A stretch of 64,000 nt of DNA from Bacteroidales bacterium (lineage in GTDB: Bacteria; Bacteroidota; Bacteroidia; Bacteroidales; VadinHA17). A model generated the notes under the pieces. The model was not told the DNA's origin, did not search any database, and worked only from the letters and a program-made list of their open reading frames with translations. The translations under genes were made by a program, and so were the position numbers. The stretch is taken from assembly GCA_034002885.1 (NCBI GenBank), contig JAVEZS010000004.1:48135-112134 (forward strand). The letters run 5' to 3'. Shown in pieces: positions 46,607 through 56,468 of this stretch (position 1 is its first letter; every line of letters begins with the position of its first letter).

Positions 46607-47845
46607 ATGAGCAGAAAATTAGCAATTGTTGGAAACTCAGGACCAAAGATCAGATCTGATTGTCAGATTGAACTTGAGATTTGTGCGACCGGTGGCCTGA
46701 AGACAGAACTGTTTTCTAAAGTCGGAGTCCTTTATGGTGAATCAATAAGGGAGCAGTGCATTTCACAACTTGAGTTTTTTGGAATCAGTAATGCCATCCT
46801 CAGAATCAACGATTCGGGAGCTTTGCCTTTTGTCATGGCAGCCAGGCTGGAAGCAGCTATCAAAAAAATCGTACAGACAGATCTTGAGTTTCTTCCCGGT
46901 ATGAGTGACGAAAACATGTATCCATCAAGGAGGGACCGTTTCAGGTTTGCCCGGCTCTATGTGCCAGGAAATACTCCGAGCATGATGATCAATGCGGGAC
47001 TTCATTCAGCCGATGGAATAATTCTGGATCTTGAAGATTCGGTTGCTCCTGAGAAAAAGGACGAAGCCGTTCTGCTTGTCAGAAATGCTCTGAGACAGAT
47101 CAGTTTTAACGGAGCGGAAAGAATGGTAAGAATAAACCAGGGAGAGCGAGGGATGAACGACCTTGAAGCCGTTGTACCTCAAAATGTACATTTGATTCTC
47201 ATCCCGAAATGTGAAAGCGTTTCTTCTGTAACAGGCGTCGATGACAGGATAAAAGAGATAAAAAAACGCAACGGTAATGCTAACCAGGTTTTTCTGATGC
47301 CAATCATAGAAACCGCACTTGGTGTCGAAATGGCATTCGATATAGCACGCTCCACGCCTTCAGTCGTTGCATTGGCTGTCGGACTTGAAGATCTTACCGC
47401 TGATATGGGCGTCGTAAGGACAAGGGAAGGCAGGGAGACTTTCTACGCCAGGACACGTGTGGTTAACGCTGCCAGGGCTGCAGGAATCCAGGCTATCGAT
47501 TCGGTCTTTTCCGATGTGGGCGATATGGATGCCCTCAGGCAAACCGTAAGGGAATCAAAAGCACTTGGCTTTGAAGGAATGGGTTGCATACATCCGCGGC
47601 AGGTACCTGTTGTGAAAAAAGGCTTTGCTCCGGAAACTGCGGAGATAGAAAGATCAAAGAAGATTGTCCTTGCCTATGAGGAAGCAAGGTTAAAGGGAGA
47701 AGGTGTAGTGGCTCTTGGAACAAAAATGATTGATGCACCTGTTGTCAGGAGAGCTCTCAGGGTGATTGAGCTTTCAGTTAAGCTGGGACTTCTGTCCGAT
47801 AACTGGATGGAACTTCAGGAGGAAAACAAGAAACAGACCGGTTAA
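46607..47845 (+). CDS. Fused citrate lyase acyl-carrier protein (CitD-like, about the first 95 aa) and citrate lyase beta subunit (CitE, citryl-ACP lyase)
   Basis: The N-terminus (…IRSDCQIELE…RINDSGALPFVMAARLEAAIKK) resembles CitD. The remainder (LYVPGNTPSMM…DGIILDLEDSVAP…ERMVRIN…DLEAVVP) is CitE/HpcH-like. Start set to ATG 46607; the ORF-track start is a TTG at 46580. Confidence 0.78.
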   Translation: MSRKLAIVGNSGPKIRSDCQIELEICATGGLKTELFSKVGVLYGESIREQCISQLEFFGISNAILRINDSGALPFVMAARLEAAIKKIVQTDLEFLPGMSDENMYPSRRDRFRFARLYVPGNTPSMMINAGLHSADGIILDLEDSVAPEKKDEAVLLVRNALRQISFNGAERMVRINQGERGMNDLEAVVPQNVHLILIPKCESVSSVTGVDDRIKEIKKRNGNANQVFLMPIIETALGVEMAFDIARSTPSVVALAVGLEDLTADMGVVRTREGRETFYARTRVVNAARAAGIQAIDSVFSDVGDMDALRQTVRESKALGFEGMGCIHPRQVPVVKKGFAPETAEIERSKKIVLAYEEARLKGEGVVALGTKMIDAPVVRRALRVIELSVKLGLLSDNWMELQEENKKQTG

Positions 47846-47855
47846 AATTACAAAA

Positions 47856-49412
47856 ATGACTATTCATACTGTAAAAAACAGTGCCGGCAGATCGGTACCT
47901 TCCGAAATAAACGGAAAACCCGAAGTTCCTTTCCGGGGTGTGGGAAAGCATAAACCCGCCGGGTATAAATACGCTCCTCCAATACCTTCTTGCTCTGATT
48001 ATCCTGACGACGGCAACAAGGTCGTTGCTACCCTCGAAGAAGCTCTTCTTCGTTGCGGTATCCGCGACGGAATGACGATATCAACCCACCACCACCTGCG
48101 TGACGGAGACCTCATCAGCAACAGGATCTTTGAAATAGCTTCGGTGATGGGAGTCAGGGATCTCGTATGGTTTCCGTCAGCCTCATTCCCCTGCAATGAA
48201 CCTTTGATAAAGTATCTCGGGGATGGGACGATAAACAGGATAGAAGGCAGTATGAACGGGCCTCTTGGCCGCTTTGTCTCCGAAGGCAGAATGAATGGCA
48301 CAGCCGTTCTGCGTTCACACGGAGGAAGAGTACAAGCCATTCAGGATGGAGAGGTAAAAATCGATATTGCGGTACTGGTTGCTCCATCAGCAGATTCTTT
48401 CGGTAACGCAAGGGGTAGGGGAGGCCAGTCAGCCTGCGGTGTGCTTGGCTATGCAAAAGCAGATGCATTGTATGCCGATAAGGTGATTGTCGTTACTGAT
48501 AATCTTGTCGATCTGCCATGCCTTCCAATGGAGATAGAAGGAAACTATGTCGATTATGTTGTGGTTGTTGATAAAATAGGTATTCCCGAAAGGATAGTAT
48601 CAGGAACAACACAGATCACAAAAAGTCCCGACAGGCTTCTTATAGCGGAGCTGACAGCATCGTTTCTCGAGAAATCCGGAATACTGAAAGATGGAATCTC
48701 ATTACAGGCAGGAGCAGGCGGCACCTCACTGGCAATTGCCGTTTTCATTCATGAGATAATGAAAAGCAAGGGATGGAAATCAAGATTCGGCTTTGGCGGA
48801 AGCACGAGATATATGGTCGATATGCTTGAGCAGGGGCAAATGGACTATATACTAGATGCCCAGGTCTTTGACCTTGACTCGGTCGATTCACTTGGCAGGA
48901 ATCCCAACCATGTGCCTTATTCTGTATTCAATGCATATAATTATCACTCAAAGGGCAACCTGACCAGCATGATGGATATTATGATCCTTGGAGCGACCGA
49001 GGTTGACCTGAATTTCAATGGAAATGTGGTAACCCATTCCGACGGTTACCTTCTTCACGGAATAGGGGGCTGGCAGAACTGTCTTCACGCCAGGAACGTA
49101 ATCCTTCCGCTGCCTCTTTTCCGCGACCGGATACCTGTTATCGTCGACGAGGTGACAACCCTGTGCGGCCCCGGAGAAATGATCGATGTGATAATAACAG
49201 AAAGGGGAATTGCAGTTAATCCGCTGAGGCAGGATCTTATTGACAGAGTTAAAAACAGCGGACTTCCGTTAAAAACGATATACGAACTCAAGAATGAAGC
49301 CGAGAGAATATGCGGAAAGCCTTCAAAACCCGTTTTCGATGATAAAATGGTCGCAGCAGTAAAATGGGTCGATGGTACTGTTATTGACGTGGTGAGAAAG
49401 ATAAGGAACTAA
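47856..49412 (+). CDS. citF: Citrate lyase alpha subunit (citrate CoA/ACP-transferase)
   Basis: About 518 aa. The family-typical N-terminus (NSAGRSVPSEINGK…) and overall length fit CitF. Start trimmed to ATG 47856, 10 nt after the citDE stop. Confidence 0.85.
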   Translation: MTIHTVKNSAGRSVPSEINGKPEVPFRGVGKHKPAGYKYAPPIPSCSDYPDDGNKVVATLEEALLRCGIRDGMTISTHHHLRDGDLISNRIFEIASVMGVRDLVWFPSASFPCNEPLIKYLGDGTINRIEGSMNGPLGRFVSEGRMNGTAVLRSHGGRVQAIQDGEVKIDIAVLVAPSADSFGNARGRGGQSACGVLGYAKADALYADKVIVVTDNLVDLPCLPMEIEGNYVDYVVVVDKIGIPERIVSGTTQITKSPDRLLIAELTASFLEKSGILKDGISLQAGAGGTSLAIAVFIHEIMKSKGWKSRFGFGGSTRYMVDMLEQGQMDYILDAQVFDLDSVDSLGRNPNHVPYSVFNAYNYHSKGNLTSMMDIMILGATEVDLNFNGNVVTHSDGYLLHGIGGWQNCLHARNVILPLPLFRDRIPVIVDEVTTLCGPGEMIDVIITERGIAVNPLRQDLIDRVKNSGLPLKTIYELKNEAERICGKPSKPVFDDKMVAAVKWVDGTVIDVVRKIRN

Positions 49413-49423
49413 AACACAATAGA

Positions 49424-49585
49424 ATGGAAAAATATAAATGTTCGGTATGTGGTTTTATCTATAGCCCTGAAGAAGGAGATCCTTCTTCAGGGATTGACCC
49501 CGGGATTGAGTTCAGCGAACTTCCCAACAATTACATATGTCCTGTTTGCGGAGCAGGAAAGGATGAATTCTTCGTATACGACTGA
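49424..49585 (+). CDS. rd: Rubredoxin (53 aa; absent from the ORF track)
   Basis: Hand translation gives MEKYKCSVCGFIYSPEEGDPSSGIDPGIEFSELPNNYICPVCGAGKDEFFVYD*. It has the two CxxCG knuckles and conserved aromatic residues of rubredoxins. Starts 11 nt after the citF stop. Confidence 0.9.
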   Translation: MEKYKCSVCGFIYSPEEGDPSSGIDPGIEFSELPNNYICPVCGAGKDEFFVYD

Positions 49586-49586
49586 A

Positions 49587-49603
49587 ATACCGGCTTCCGG
49601 TAT
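49587..49603. terminator. Compact hairpin between convergent rubredoxin and pepD
   Basis: ATACCGG-CTT-CCGGTAT (7-bp stem). It overlaps the pepD stop codon. There is no strong T tract on either side. Confidence 0.3.
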
Positions 49604-51063
49604 CAGGATGCTGGAATATTGATGATCACATCCCTGAGGAGGTCCCAGAACATCCTTACTGTTTCTATCCCGATTTTTTCTGCCGGAGTATGAGCACCCC
49701 GTATCGTCGGACCGAAAGAGACCATATCAATACCCTTGAACTTTTCGTAGAACAACCCGCATTCAAGACCGGCATGTATGGCCTTAACAAGCGGTTCTTT
49801 CCCGAAAAGACGCTTGTACGACTCTGTTGTTACCTGTAAAATTTCTGATCTGGTATTGGGTTTCCATCCCGGATAGCCATCAGAATGTTCCACAGATGCT
49901 CCTGCAAGCCTGAAACATGCTTCAACAGTCATTGCAGCTTCCTTTTTAAGCGATTCGACAGAACTTCTCTGTGTCGATACGATTATGATCTTTTTGTTTC
50001 CTGAAAATTTCACAGAAGCCAGATTTGTTGACGTCTCAACAAGTCCTTCCATCTCCCTTGACCAGCCGATAACTCCGTGAGGACAGCAGGTCAGCAGATT
50101 GATGAGCTTATCGCGTGCTGAGGGATCTATTGCACTCCCCTCCGGATCAATATCCTTAACGGAAATCTGAAGTTCATTCTCTATGTCTCCTATCTCATCA
50201 TTAATGGTCTTTTCAAAATCATTTATCCACTCAATAATCGCTTTTTTGTGCTGTTTCTCTGTTCCAATAACTGCAAATGCCTCACGGGGGATGGCATTCC
50301 GTAGATTTCCTCCGTCGAAACTGAACAGAGAAATACTGAAGCGGCCGTTAAGGTTTCTTAATATCCTGGCCATTATCTTTACCGAATTACCGAAGCCTTT
50401 GTGTATCTCATCACCTGAATGGCCTCCCTTTAGACCGGTGACAGAAATCATCAGCCCCTCAACTCCTTCTTCAATATTTTCGTTCTCATACTCCAGTTCC
50501 CCGACTGTATCAATGCCTCCTGCGCATCCGATAAAGATTATCCCTTCATCCTCCGAATCAAGATTCAGAAGGGTCCTGCCTTCAAAAAAGTCAGGATTGA
50601 GATTCATGGCGCCTGTCATTCCCGTTTCTTCATCTACCGTGAATAAACATTCAATCCTGCCTGATTTGAATTCCGGATCAGCAAGAATTGCCAGCTGACA
50701 GGCAATTCCAATCCCGTCATCTGCTCCGAGGGTTGTCCCCCGGGCTGTTACCCAACCGTCTTCAATATGCGGTATTATAGGATCTTTACTCCAGTCGTGA
50801 GGAAATTCGGCATTTTTCTCACCAACCATGTCCATGTGACTTTGGAGAACCACTGTTTTTACATTGGAGAAACCAGGGGAAGCGGGCCTCACAATAAGGA
50901 TATTGCCGGTACTGTCTTCCTTCGCTTCAAGTTTGTGATTTTCAGCGAATTTAAGGAGATATTTTCTTATCTTTCCTTCATTCTTGCTAAGTCTCGGGAT
51001 CATGCATATTTCCTCGAAATAGTCCCAGACCGGTTGCGGTTTTAAACCCGATAGTCTATTCAT
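49603..51063 (-). CDS. pepD: Aminoacyl-histidine dipeptidase PepD (M20 family)
   Basis: LKPQPVWDYFEEICMIPRLSKNE N-terminus and HMDMV / LGADDGIG / DEETGMTG metal-ligand motifs. Confidence 0.9.
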   Translation of the reverse strand: MNRLSGLKPQPVWDYFEEICMIPRLSKNEGKIRKYLLKFAENHKLEAKEDSTGNILIVRPASPGFSNVKTVVLQSHMDMVGEKNAEFPHDWSKDPIIPHIEDGWVTARGTTLGADDGIGIACQLAILADPEFKSGRIECLFTVDEETGMTGAMNLNPDFFEGRTLLNLDSEDEGIIFIGCAGGIDTVGELEYENENIEEGVEGLMISVTGLKGGHSGDEIHKGFGNSVKIMARILRNLNGRFSISLFSFDGGNLRNAIPREAFAVIGTEKQHKKAIIEWINDFEKTINDEIGDIENELQISVKDIDPEGSAIDPSARDKLINLLTCCPHGVIGWSREMEGLVETSTNLASVKFSGNKKIIIVSTQRSSVESLKKEAAMTVEACFRLAGASVEHSDGYPGWKPNTRSEILQVTTESYKRLFGKEPLVKAIHAGLECGLFYEKFKGIDMVSFGPTIRGAHTPAEKIGIETVRMFWDLLRDVIINIPAS

Positions 51064-51210
51064 ATCTTATAAAGAGTTCACTATTAGTTAACTAAGATAG
51101 TTATTATTTAGGGCGCAAAAGTCAATTCTGTTAAATATCATAGTAATTGGGATTACTATTTCCTATATTTACACTTACAGCCTTTAATTATCTGAATTAA
51201 TAATTTTTAT

Positions 51211-52410
51211 ATGGATCGACGTACAATTGTAATACTGCCGGGTGACGGTATCGGAAATATTGTTATGGAACAGGCATTGAGAGTGCTTGATGCCTCAGGT
51301 TTTAATGCTTCTTATGTCTTTGGTGACATCGGTTGGGAATTCTGGCGTCGCGAGGGAAATCCTCTTCCCGAACGGACTATTGATCTGATAAGGAAACACC
51401 GGATTGCTTTGTTCGGTGCAATAACCTCCAAACCTAACGAAGAGGCGAAAGCGGAGCTTGATCCGTCACTTCAGGGTAAAGGCTACGTCTATTCCAGCCC
51501 CATTGTGGGATTACGACAGAAATTCAACCTCGATATCTGTGTAAGGCCATGTCGTTCCTACAGGGGAAATCCCCTCAATTTCATACGCCGCGGGAGAGAG
51601 GGGAACATTGAAGAGCCTTTTATCGATGCTGTGATATTCCGTCAGAACACGGAATGTCTTTATTCTGGAGTGGAATGGACAAATCCGCCGGAAAAGGTAT
51701 ATGATGCCCTGATGACACATCCTAAATTCAGGGAGAATTTTTCTTCGGTTCCCGTTGAAGAACTCTCGGTCTCTGCAAGGATATTCACAAAAAAGGCTAC
51801 TGTAAGAATTCTGAAAGCTGCTTTCGACCACGCAAGCCGTAACGGATATAAATCGGTCACAGTATGCGAAAAGCCCAACGTTGTGCGGGAAACATCGGGA
51901 ATGATGTGGAAGCTTGCCAAAGAGATGCAGAAGGAACTTTATCCCGGCATAAAGCTGGTCAATACCAACATAGATGCCCAGATGATGTGGCTTACCAAAA
52001 ACCCCGGGGAATACGGCGTTATTGTCGCCGGGAACATGTTTGGCGATATCGTCTCAGATGGATTTGCAGGTCTGATAGGAGGTCTTGGCTTTGCATGCAG
52101 TGCGCAGTTTTCATCCGACGGCATTGCCGTTTTTGAACCAACGCACGGTTCAGCACCCAAATATGCCGGCTACAGCATACCCATAGTGAACCCTGTTGCA
52201 ATGATTGAATCATCATGCATGATGCTGGATTATATTGGGGAAAAAGAAATATCTGAAAGGATAAGAAAGTCAGTGGCTGAAGTCATTCTGGAAGGAAAGG
52301 TCAAAACATATGATATGATGAAGCTTCCGGGAAGTCCTGATGTGACGGCACAGGGTGCTGCATCAACAGTTGAAATTACAGACGAAATAATCTCGAAAAT
52401 CAGAAAATAA
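51211..52410 (+). CDS. Isocitrate/isopropylmalate dehydrogenase family protein (probably isocitrate dehydrogenase)
   Basis: ILPGDGIG, VIFRQNTECLYSGVEW and NMFGDIVSD motifs of beta-decarboxylating dehydrogenases. Confidence 0.75.
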   Translation: MDRRTIVILPGDGIGNIVMEQALRVLDASGFNASYVFGDIGWEFWRREGNPLPERTIDLIRKHRIALFGAITSKPNEEAKAELDPSLQGKGYVYSSPIVGLRQKFNLDICVRPCRSYRGNPLNFIRRGREGNIEEPFIDAVIFRQNTECLYSGVEWTNPPEKVYDALMTHPKFRENFSSVPVEELSVSARIFTKKATVRILKAAFDHASRNGYKSVTVCEKPNVVRETSGMMWKLAKEMQKELYPGIKLVNTNIDAQMMWLTKNPGEYGVIVAGNMFGDIVSDGFAGLIGGLGFACSAQFSSDGIAVFEPTHGSAPKYAGYSIPIVNPVAMIESSCMMLDYIGEKEISERIRKSVAEVILEGKVKTYDMMKLPGSPDVTAQGAASTVEITDEIISKIRK

Positions 52411-52418
52411 GTGTCAGG

Positions 52419-52964
52419 ATGAACGACAGTGTAAAGAATCTATGGCCTGAGCTGGATTGGATAAAGGATCAGATACTGAGGGAAAAGACAGCAAAGACAT
52501 GGGAGCTGGCTCTCAGCAGGAGTGTCCTGAAGCCCGATGACCTGGAAAGAATACCTTTCACGCTTCTTTGCGGCCCCGGCCTTAAGGTAAACTTTATGGA
52601 TCATAAAAGGTGTGTGGTCCATATAGCACGGGCAAGCGGGGAGAAAATGAACGAGTTTTTCAGGGATGATCTTCCCGTAAATATGGATGTGCTTATTTCC
52701 GGGGCAATCCTTGCCGATGTTGGGAAATTGCTGGAATATGAGCTGGATGCCTGCGGCAATCCGATCCAGGGGAAATATGGACAATATCTCCGTCATCCCT
52801 TCTCTGGTGTCTCACTGGCTGAAGAATGCGGTGTGCCTCCTGAAGTATGCCATATAATTGCAGCTCATGCACATGAGGGAGACCTTGTGAAAAGATCAAC
52901 CGAGGCATATATCGTGCATCATGCCGACTTTATGACCTTTCTCCCTTTCAAGAGCAGGCTCTAG
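52419..52964 (+). CDS. HD-domain metal-dependent phosphohydrolase
   Basis: H…HD-type residues (VVHIARA…, AAHAHEGD, HHADF). Starts 8 nt after the upstream dehydrogenase gene. Confidence 0.6.
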   Translation: MNDSVKNLWPELDWIKDQILREKTAKTWELALSRSVLKPDDLERIPFTLLCGPGLKVNFMDHKRCVVHIARASGEKMNEFFRDDLPVNMDVLISGAILADVGKLLEYELDACGNPIQGKYGQYLRHPFSGVSLAEECGVPPEVCHIIAAHAHEGDLVKRSTEAYIVHHADFMTFLPFKSRL

Positions 52965-54874
52965 CCCAGCTTCATCTTCTCAACTTCTTCGATGTTCCTT
53001 TCGTTGCTGACATCCTTGGCATCGGGGGTATAGAGGTAATCTATCAGGTCTTTGTATTTATCCATTATCTTTCCCCTCACGATCTTCATCGATGAATTCA
53101 TAAGTCCGTTTTCCTCGTTAAAACCTTCTTCGAGGATCCCGATCGCCACCGGCAGCCATCTCTGCGGAAACATCTGACCGTATTTTCCATTGGTCCTGTA
53201 TTCGTTGACCTCATTTTCCAGAAGGGTTGTCACTGCTCTCTTCCCTTCATCCGAATCGGCTGTGAGATTCTTCTCCTCGAGGTACCCTTTCAGCGAATGC
53301 TGGTTAGGAACGACAATGGCCACAGTGTACGGTTTCTGATTATTGTAAAGCATGCACTGATCGATATATTTCGATTGTTCCGAAATTGCTTCTTCTATTC
53401 CTTCGGGGCTGAATTTTTCTCCGTCATCTGCAATGAGAAGACTCTTGAATCGACCTAGTACATAAAGAAACCCATCTTCGCTCATATAACCCATGTCGCC
53501 GGTGTACAACCATCCTTCCTTTATCGTTTCGCGGGTTGCTGCATCATTTTTCCAGTAGCCGTACATGACGTTGCCACCCTTTATTACGATCTCTCCTTTC
53601 TGGCCTACCGGGAGCTCATTCCCGTCGTCGTCGCATATCTTCAGATCCATATTGTTTACAAGCACACCAGAAGATCCCAGCTTATGCTTTCCGGCCGAGT
53701 TGGAGGAGATTACAGGCGAAGCCTCGCTTAGTCCGTAACCCTGGTACATGGGTACGCCAAGTGCATAGTAGAATCTCTGAAGCTCAATATCCAGAAGAGC
53801 TCCACCTCCGATAAAATAATCAAGTTCGCCTCCGAAGACCTCCCGTATTTTGCTGAAGAGTATCTTATCATAGAGTTCAAGAAGAGGTTTCTTTAGTTTC
53901 TGCAAACCCCTTCCTTTATTCCATCCTTCCTTATTATACGAATATGAGATTTTTAAAGCATGATTGAACAGGATCTCGGTCATCTTTCCTTTTTCCCTTA
54001 TTCCCTTCTCTATATTCTTCCTGAAGTTTTTGGCTATTGCAGGCACACTCATGAGGAGGTTTGGTTTGATCTCTTTGAGGCATGCAGGAAGGTTGCGAAG
54101 GGTCTCCATGGGAGTCTTGCCAGTTTTCACCGAAGCAATGCTGGCTCCCCTTCCCATAAACGCATATATGCCGCAGGTATGTCCGAAGGAGTGATCCCAG
54201 GGAAGGATAAGGAGTGTTTTGTAGAACGGAGGAATGTCCATAAGACTGTATGCCTGATAAACATTTGTCACATAGTTTCCGTGGGTAAGAATGATACCTT
54301 TTGGATCTGCTGTAGTTCCCGAGGTATAACAGATATTTGCAAAGTCCGATGGTTTGACAGAGGCGCTTATTTCATTGAATTTGTCCCTGTTGCCGGGTTT
54401 TTCAAGCCATTCCCTTCCGATCTTTCTGACCTCATTGAAATGGATCTCCTTTTCGGAGTATTCCTCCTGAGTGTCAAAATGTATCAGTTTTTCAATAGTT
54501 TTACACTTGTCAAGAACAAGATTAAGTTTCTGAGCCTGGATTGACGATGTCAGCACCATTTTAGATTCGGAGTGATTGATCCTGAACTGTATTTCCGGGG
54601 GCGTCAGTTTAACAGACAAAGGCACATTGACTGCTCCTGCGTACAGTATTCCAAGTTCACCAATCACCCAGCTGTTACGGCCTTCTGAAATCAAACTAAG
54701 CCTGTCTCCTTTTTTGATACCCATGCAGATGAGTCCTGCTGCAAATTCATATACCTGTTTTCGTATTTCATCATAGGTTGTACCCTCATATTTGTCCTGG
54801 GTTTTTTCCCACATATAGACATTACTGCCAAATTGATCAGCACTCTCTTCAAAAAATTGTATCAATGATTTCAT
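52961..54874 (-). CDS. Long-chain acyl-CoA synthetase (AMP-forming)
   Basis: AMP-binding motif YTSGTTADPKG and GWLYTGDMGY, at a length typical of FadD/FACL-like ligases. Confidence 0.85.
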   Translation of the reverse strand: MKSLIQFFEESADQFGSNVYMWEKTQDKYEGTTYDEIRKQVYEFAAGLICMGIKKGDRLSLISEGRNSWVIGELGILYAGAVNVPLSVKLTPPEIQFRINHSESKMVLTSSIQAQKLNLVLDKCKTIEKLIHFDTQEEYSEKEIHFNEVRKIGREWLEKPGNRDKFNEISASVKPSDFANICYTSGTTADPKGIILTHGNYVTNVYQAYSLMDIPPFYKTLLILPWDHSFGHTCGIYAFMGRGASIASVKTGKTPMETLRNLPACLKEIKPNLLMSVPAIAKNFRKNIEKGIREKGKMTEILFNHALKISYSYNKEGWNKGRGLQKLKKPLLELYDKILFSKIREVFGGELDYFIGGGALLDIELQRFYYALGVPMYQGYGLSEASPVISSNSAGKHKLGSSGVLVNNMDLKICDDDGNELPVGQKGEIVIKGGNVMYGYWKNDAATRETIKEGWLYTGDMGYMSEDGFLYVLGRFKSLLIADDGEKFSPEGIEEAISEQSKYIDQCMLYNNQKPYTVAIVVPNQHSLKGYLEEKNLTADSDEGKRAVTTLLENEVNEYRTNGKYGQMFPQRWLPVAIGILEEGFNEENGLMNSSMKIVRGKIMDKYKDLIDYLYTPDAKDVSNERNIEEVEKMKLG

Positions 54875-55036
54875 CAGCCAGTGTTTTTATGATTATAAAC
54901 TTGTTTTGTGACTTTTTACTTGATTTGATTTGAATGGACTAATTTATAAAATATGAAAACTCAAAGCATCTTCCCGTCAATAACGCTTTGCAGACTCTTA
55001 TCCGCTTTCTCCGGTATTATATCCGTAATGTTTCTC

Positions 55037-56299
55037 CTATCTGAATATCGTGGAATTCCGGTCTGGTCCTACAGACACCAGTGTTATGGGAACTCCGGTC
55101 TGCTTTTCTATAAAACCAACATATTTTTTCAGGTTTTCCGGCAAAGCATCATAATCGTTTAGTAGTGAGATATCTTCTTCCCATCCGTCCAGTTCGGCAT
55201 AAACCGGTTCAATTGCCGCATTATTGTCAAAGGGAACCTCTTTTACCTCTTTCCCTAGGTAATTATATGCTGTACAAACTCTGATTTTCCTGAAACCTGA
55301 GAGGATATCCGATTTCATCATGAAAAGTTGTGTAACCCCGTTTATCATTATTGCGTATCTGAGTGCCGGGATATCAAGCCAGCCACATCTTCTGGGTCTT
55401 CCTGTGGTTGCTCCGAATTCGCATCCTTTTTTCCTGATAAGTTCTCCTGTATCATCGAATAGTTCCGTGGGAAAGGGACCGCTCCCTACTCTTGTGCAGT
55501 AAGCTTTGAAAATGCCGAAGACTTCCCCTACCAGCCTGGGAGAGATACCCAGTCCGGTGCAGGCCCCTGCACTGATAGTACTTGACGATGTTACAAACGG
55601 ATATGATCCGAAGTCAATGTCAAGCATTGTGCCCTGAGCTCCCTCAGCAAGGATCTTCCTGCCAAGGGCTGCATTTTCGTTAAGCAGGTATTCCACATTT
55701 TCTATCCTGAATCTTTTCAGAAGATCCACTCCTTCAAACCAGTCTTCCTCGTAAGCGCTTATCTCAAAGTTATAATCGTAGCTTCTGAGTATCTCCAGAT
55801 GAGCTGATTTATGTTTTTCGTACAGGTCACGGAAAGCGGGATTAAGGATATCGCCTACCCTGAGGCCGTTTCTGCTGGCTTTGTCAGTGTAAGCCGGGCC
55901 GATTCCCTTGAGTGTTGAGCCAATCTTGAGAATCCCCTTGCGGTTTTCGTACGCTGCATCAAGAATCCTGTGGGTAGGAAGGATAAGGTGAGCCCTGGCA
56001 GAAATAACAAGCCTTGCGGCAAGTTCTTCAACCGAATGACCCAGGTTTAGAATTTCCTCCTTAAAAACTGCAGGATCAAGAACGAGTCCACTGCCGATTA
56101 CATTTAACTTGTCGGGGTGAAAAATCCCTGAGGGAATAAGATGAAGGACATGCTTTTTATTGTTGAATTCAAGTGAGTGACCTGCATTAGGACCTCCCTG
56201 AAACCGTGCAATGACATCATAACCGGGGCTCAAAGCATCCACAACTTTCCCTTTACCCTCATCACCCCACTGAAGGCCTAGCAATACATCAATCTTCAT
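55037..56299 (-). CDS. purA: Adenylosuccinate synthase
   Basis: GLQWGDEGKGK P-loop, GTTGRGIGPAY-like GIGPAYTDK, and a GATTGRPRRCGW motif. Confidence 0.96.
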   Translation of the reverse strand: MKIDVLLGLQWGDEGKGKVVDALSPGYDVIARFQGGPNAGHSLEFNNKKHVLHLIPSGIFHPDKLNVIGSGLVLDPAVFKEEILNLGHSVEELAARLVISARAHLILPTHRILDAAYENRKGILKIGSTLKGIGPAYTDKASRNGLRVGDILNPAFRDLYEKHKSAHLEILRSYDYNFEISAYEEDWFEGVDLLKRFRIENVEYLLNENAALGRKILAEGAQGTMLDIDFGSYPFVTSSSTISAGACTGLGISPRLVGEVFGIFKAYCTRVGSGPFPTELFDDTGELIRKKGCEFGATTGRPRRCGWLDIPALRYAIMINGVTQLFMMKSDILSGFRKIRVCTAYNYLGKEVKEVPFDNNAAIEPVYAELDGWEEDISLLNDYDALPENLKKYVGFIEKQTGVPITLVSVGPDRNSTIFR

Positions 56300-56436
56300 T
56301 TCAGTTTTAGGATTATAAAACAGATTCCAATTTACAAAATAATCCGGCTGTATTTCACGTTGATAATATATTGTTGAAAAATGAAACGGGGAATGTGTAT
56401 CCGGGAGAGAGAATCCTTTCTGACATTTTGTGATTC

Positions 56437-56454
56437 AGTCAATTATAATTGACT
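56437..56454. promoter_or_regulatory. 18-bp perfect palindrome AGTCAATTATAATTGACT (candidate metalloregulator operator)
   Basis: Verified base by base. Ends 14 nt upstream of ATG 56469 of a small OMP gene whose downstream, convergent neighbour is a Fur-family regulator. Confidence 0.4.
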
Positions 56455-56468
56455 TAATACTTACTGAA

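Noticed and set aside
54953-55162. 69-aa plus-strand ORF between the acyl-CoA synthetase gene and purA
   Set aside because: Two-thirds of it overlaps the 3' end of purA on the opposite strand. The product is hydrophobic and low-complexity with no family resemblance.
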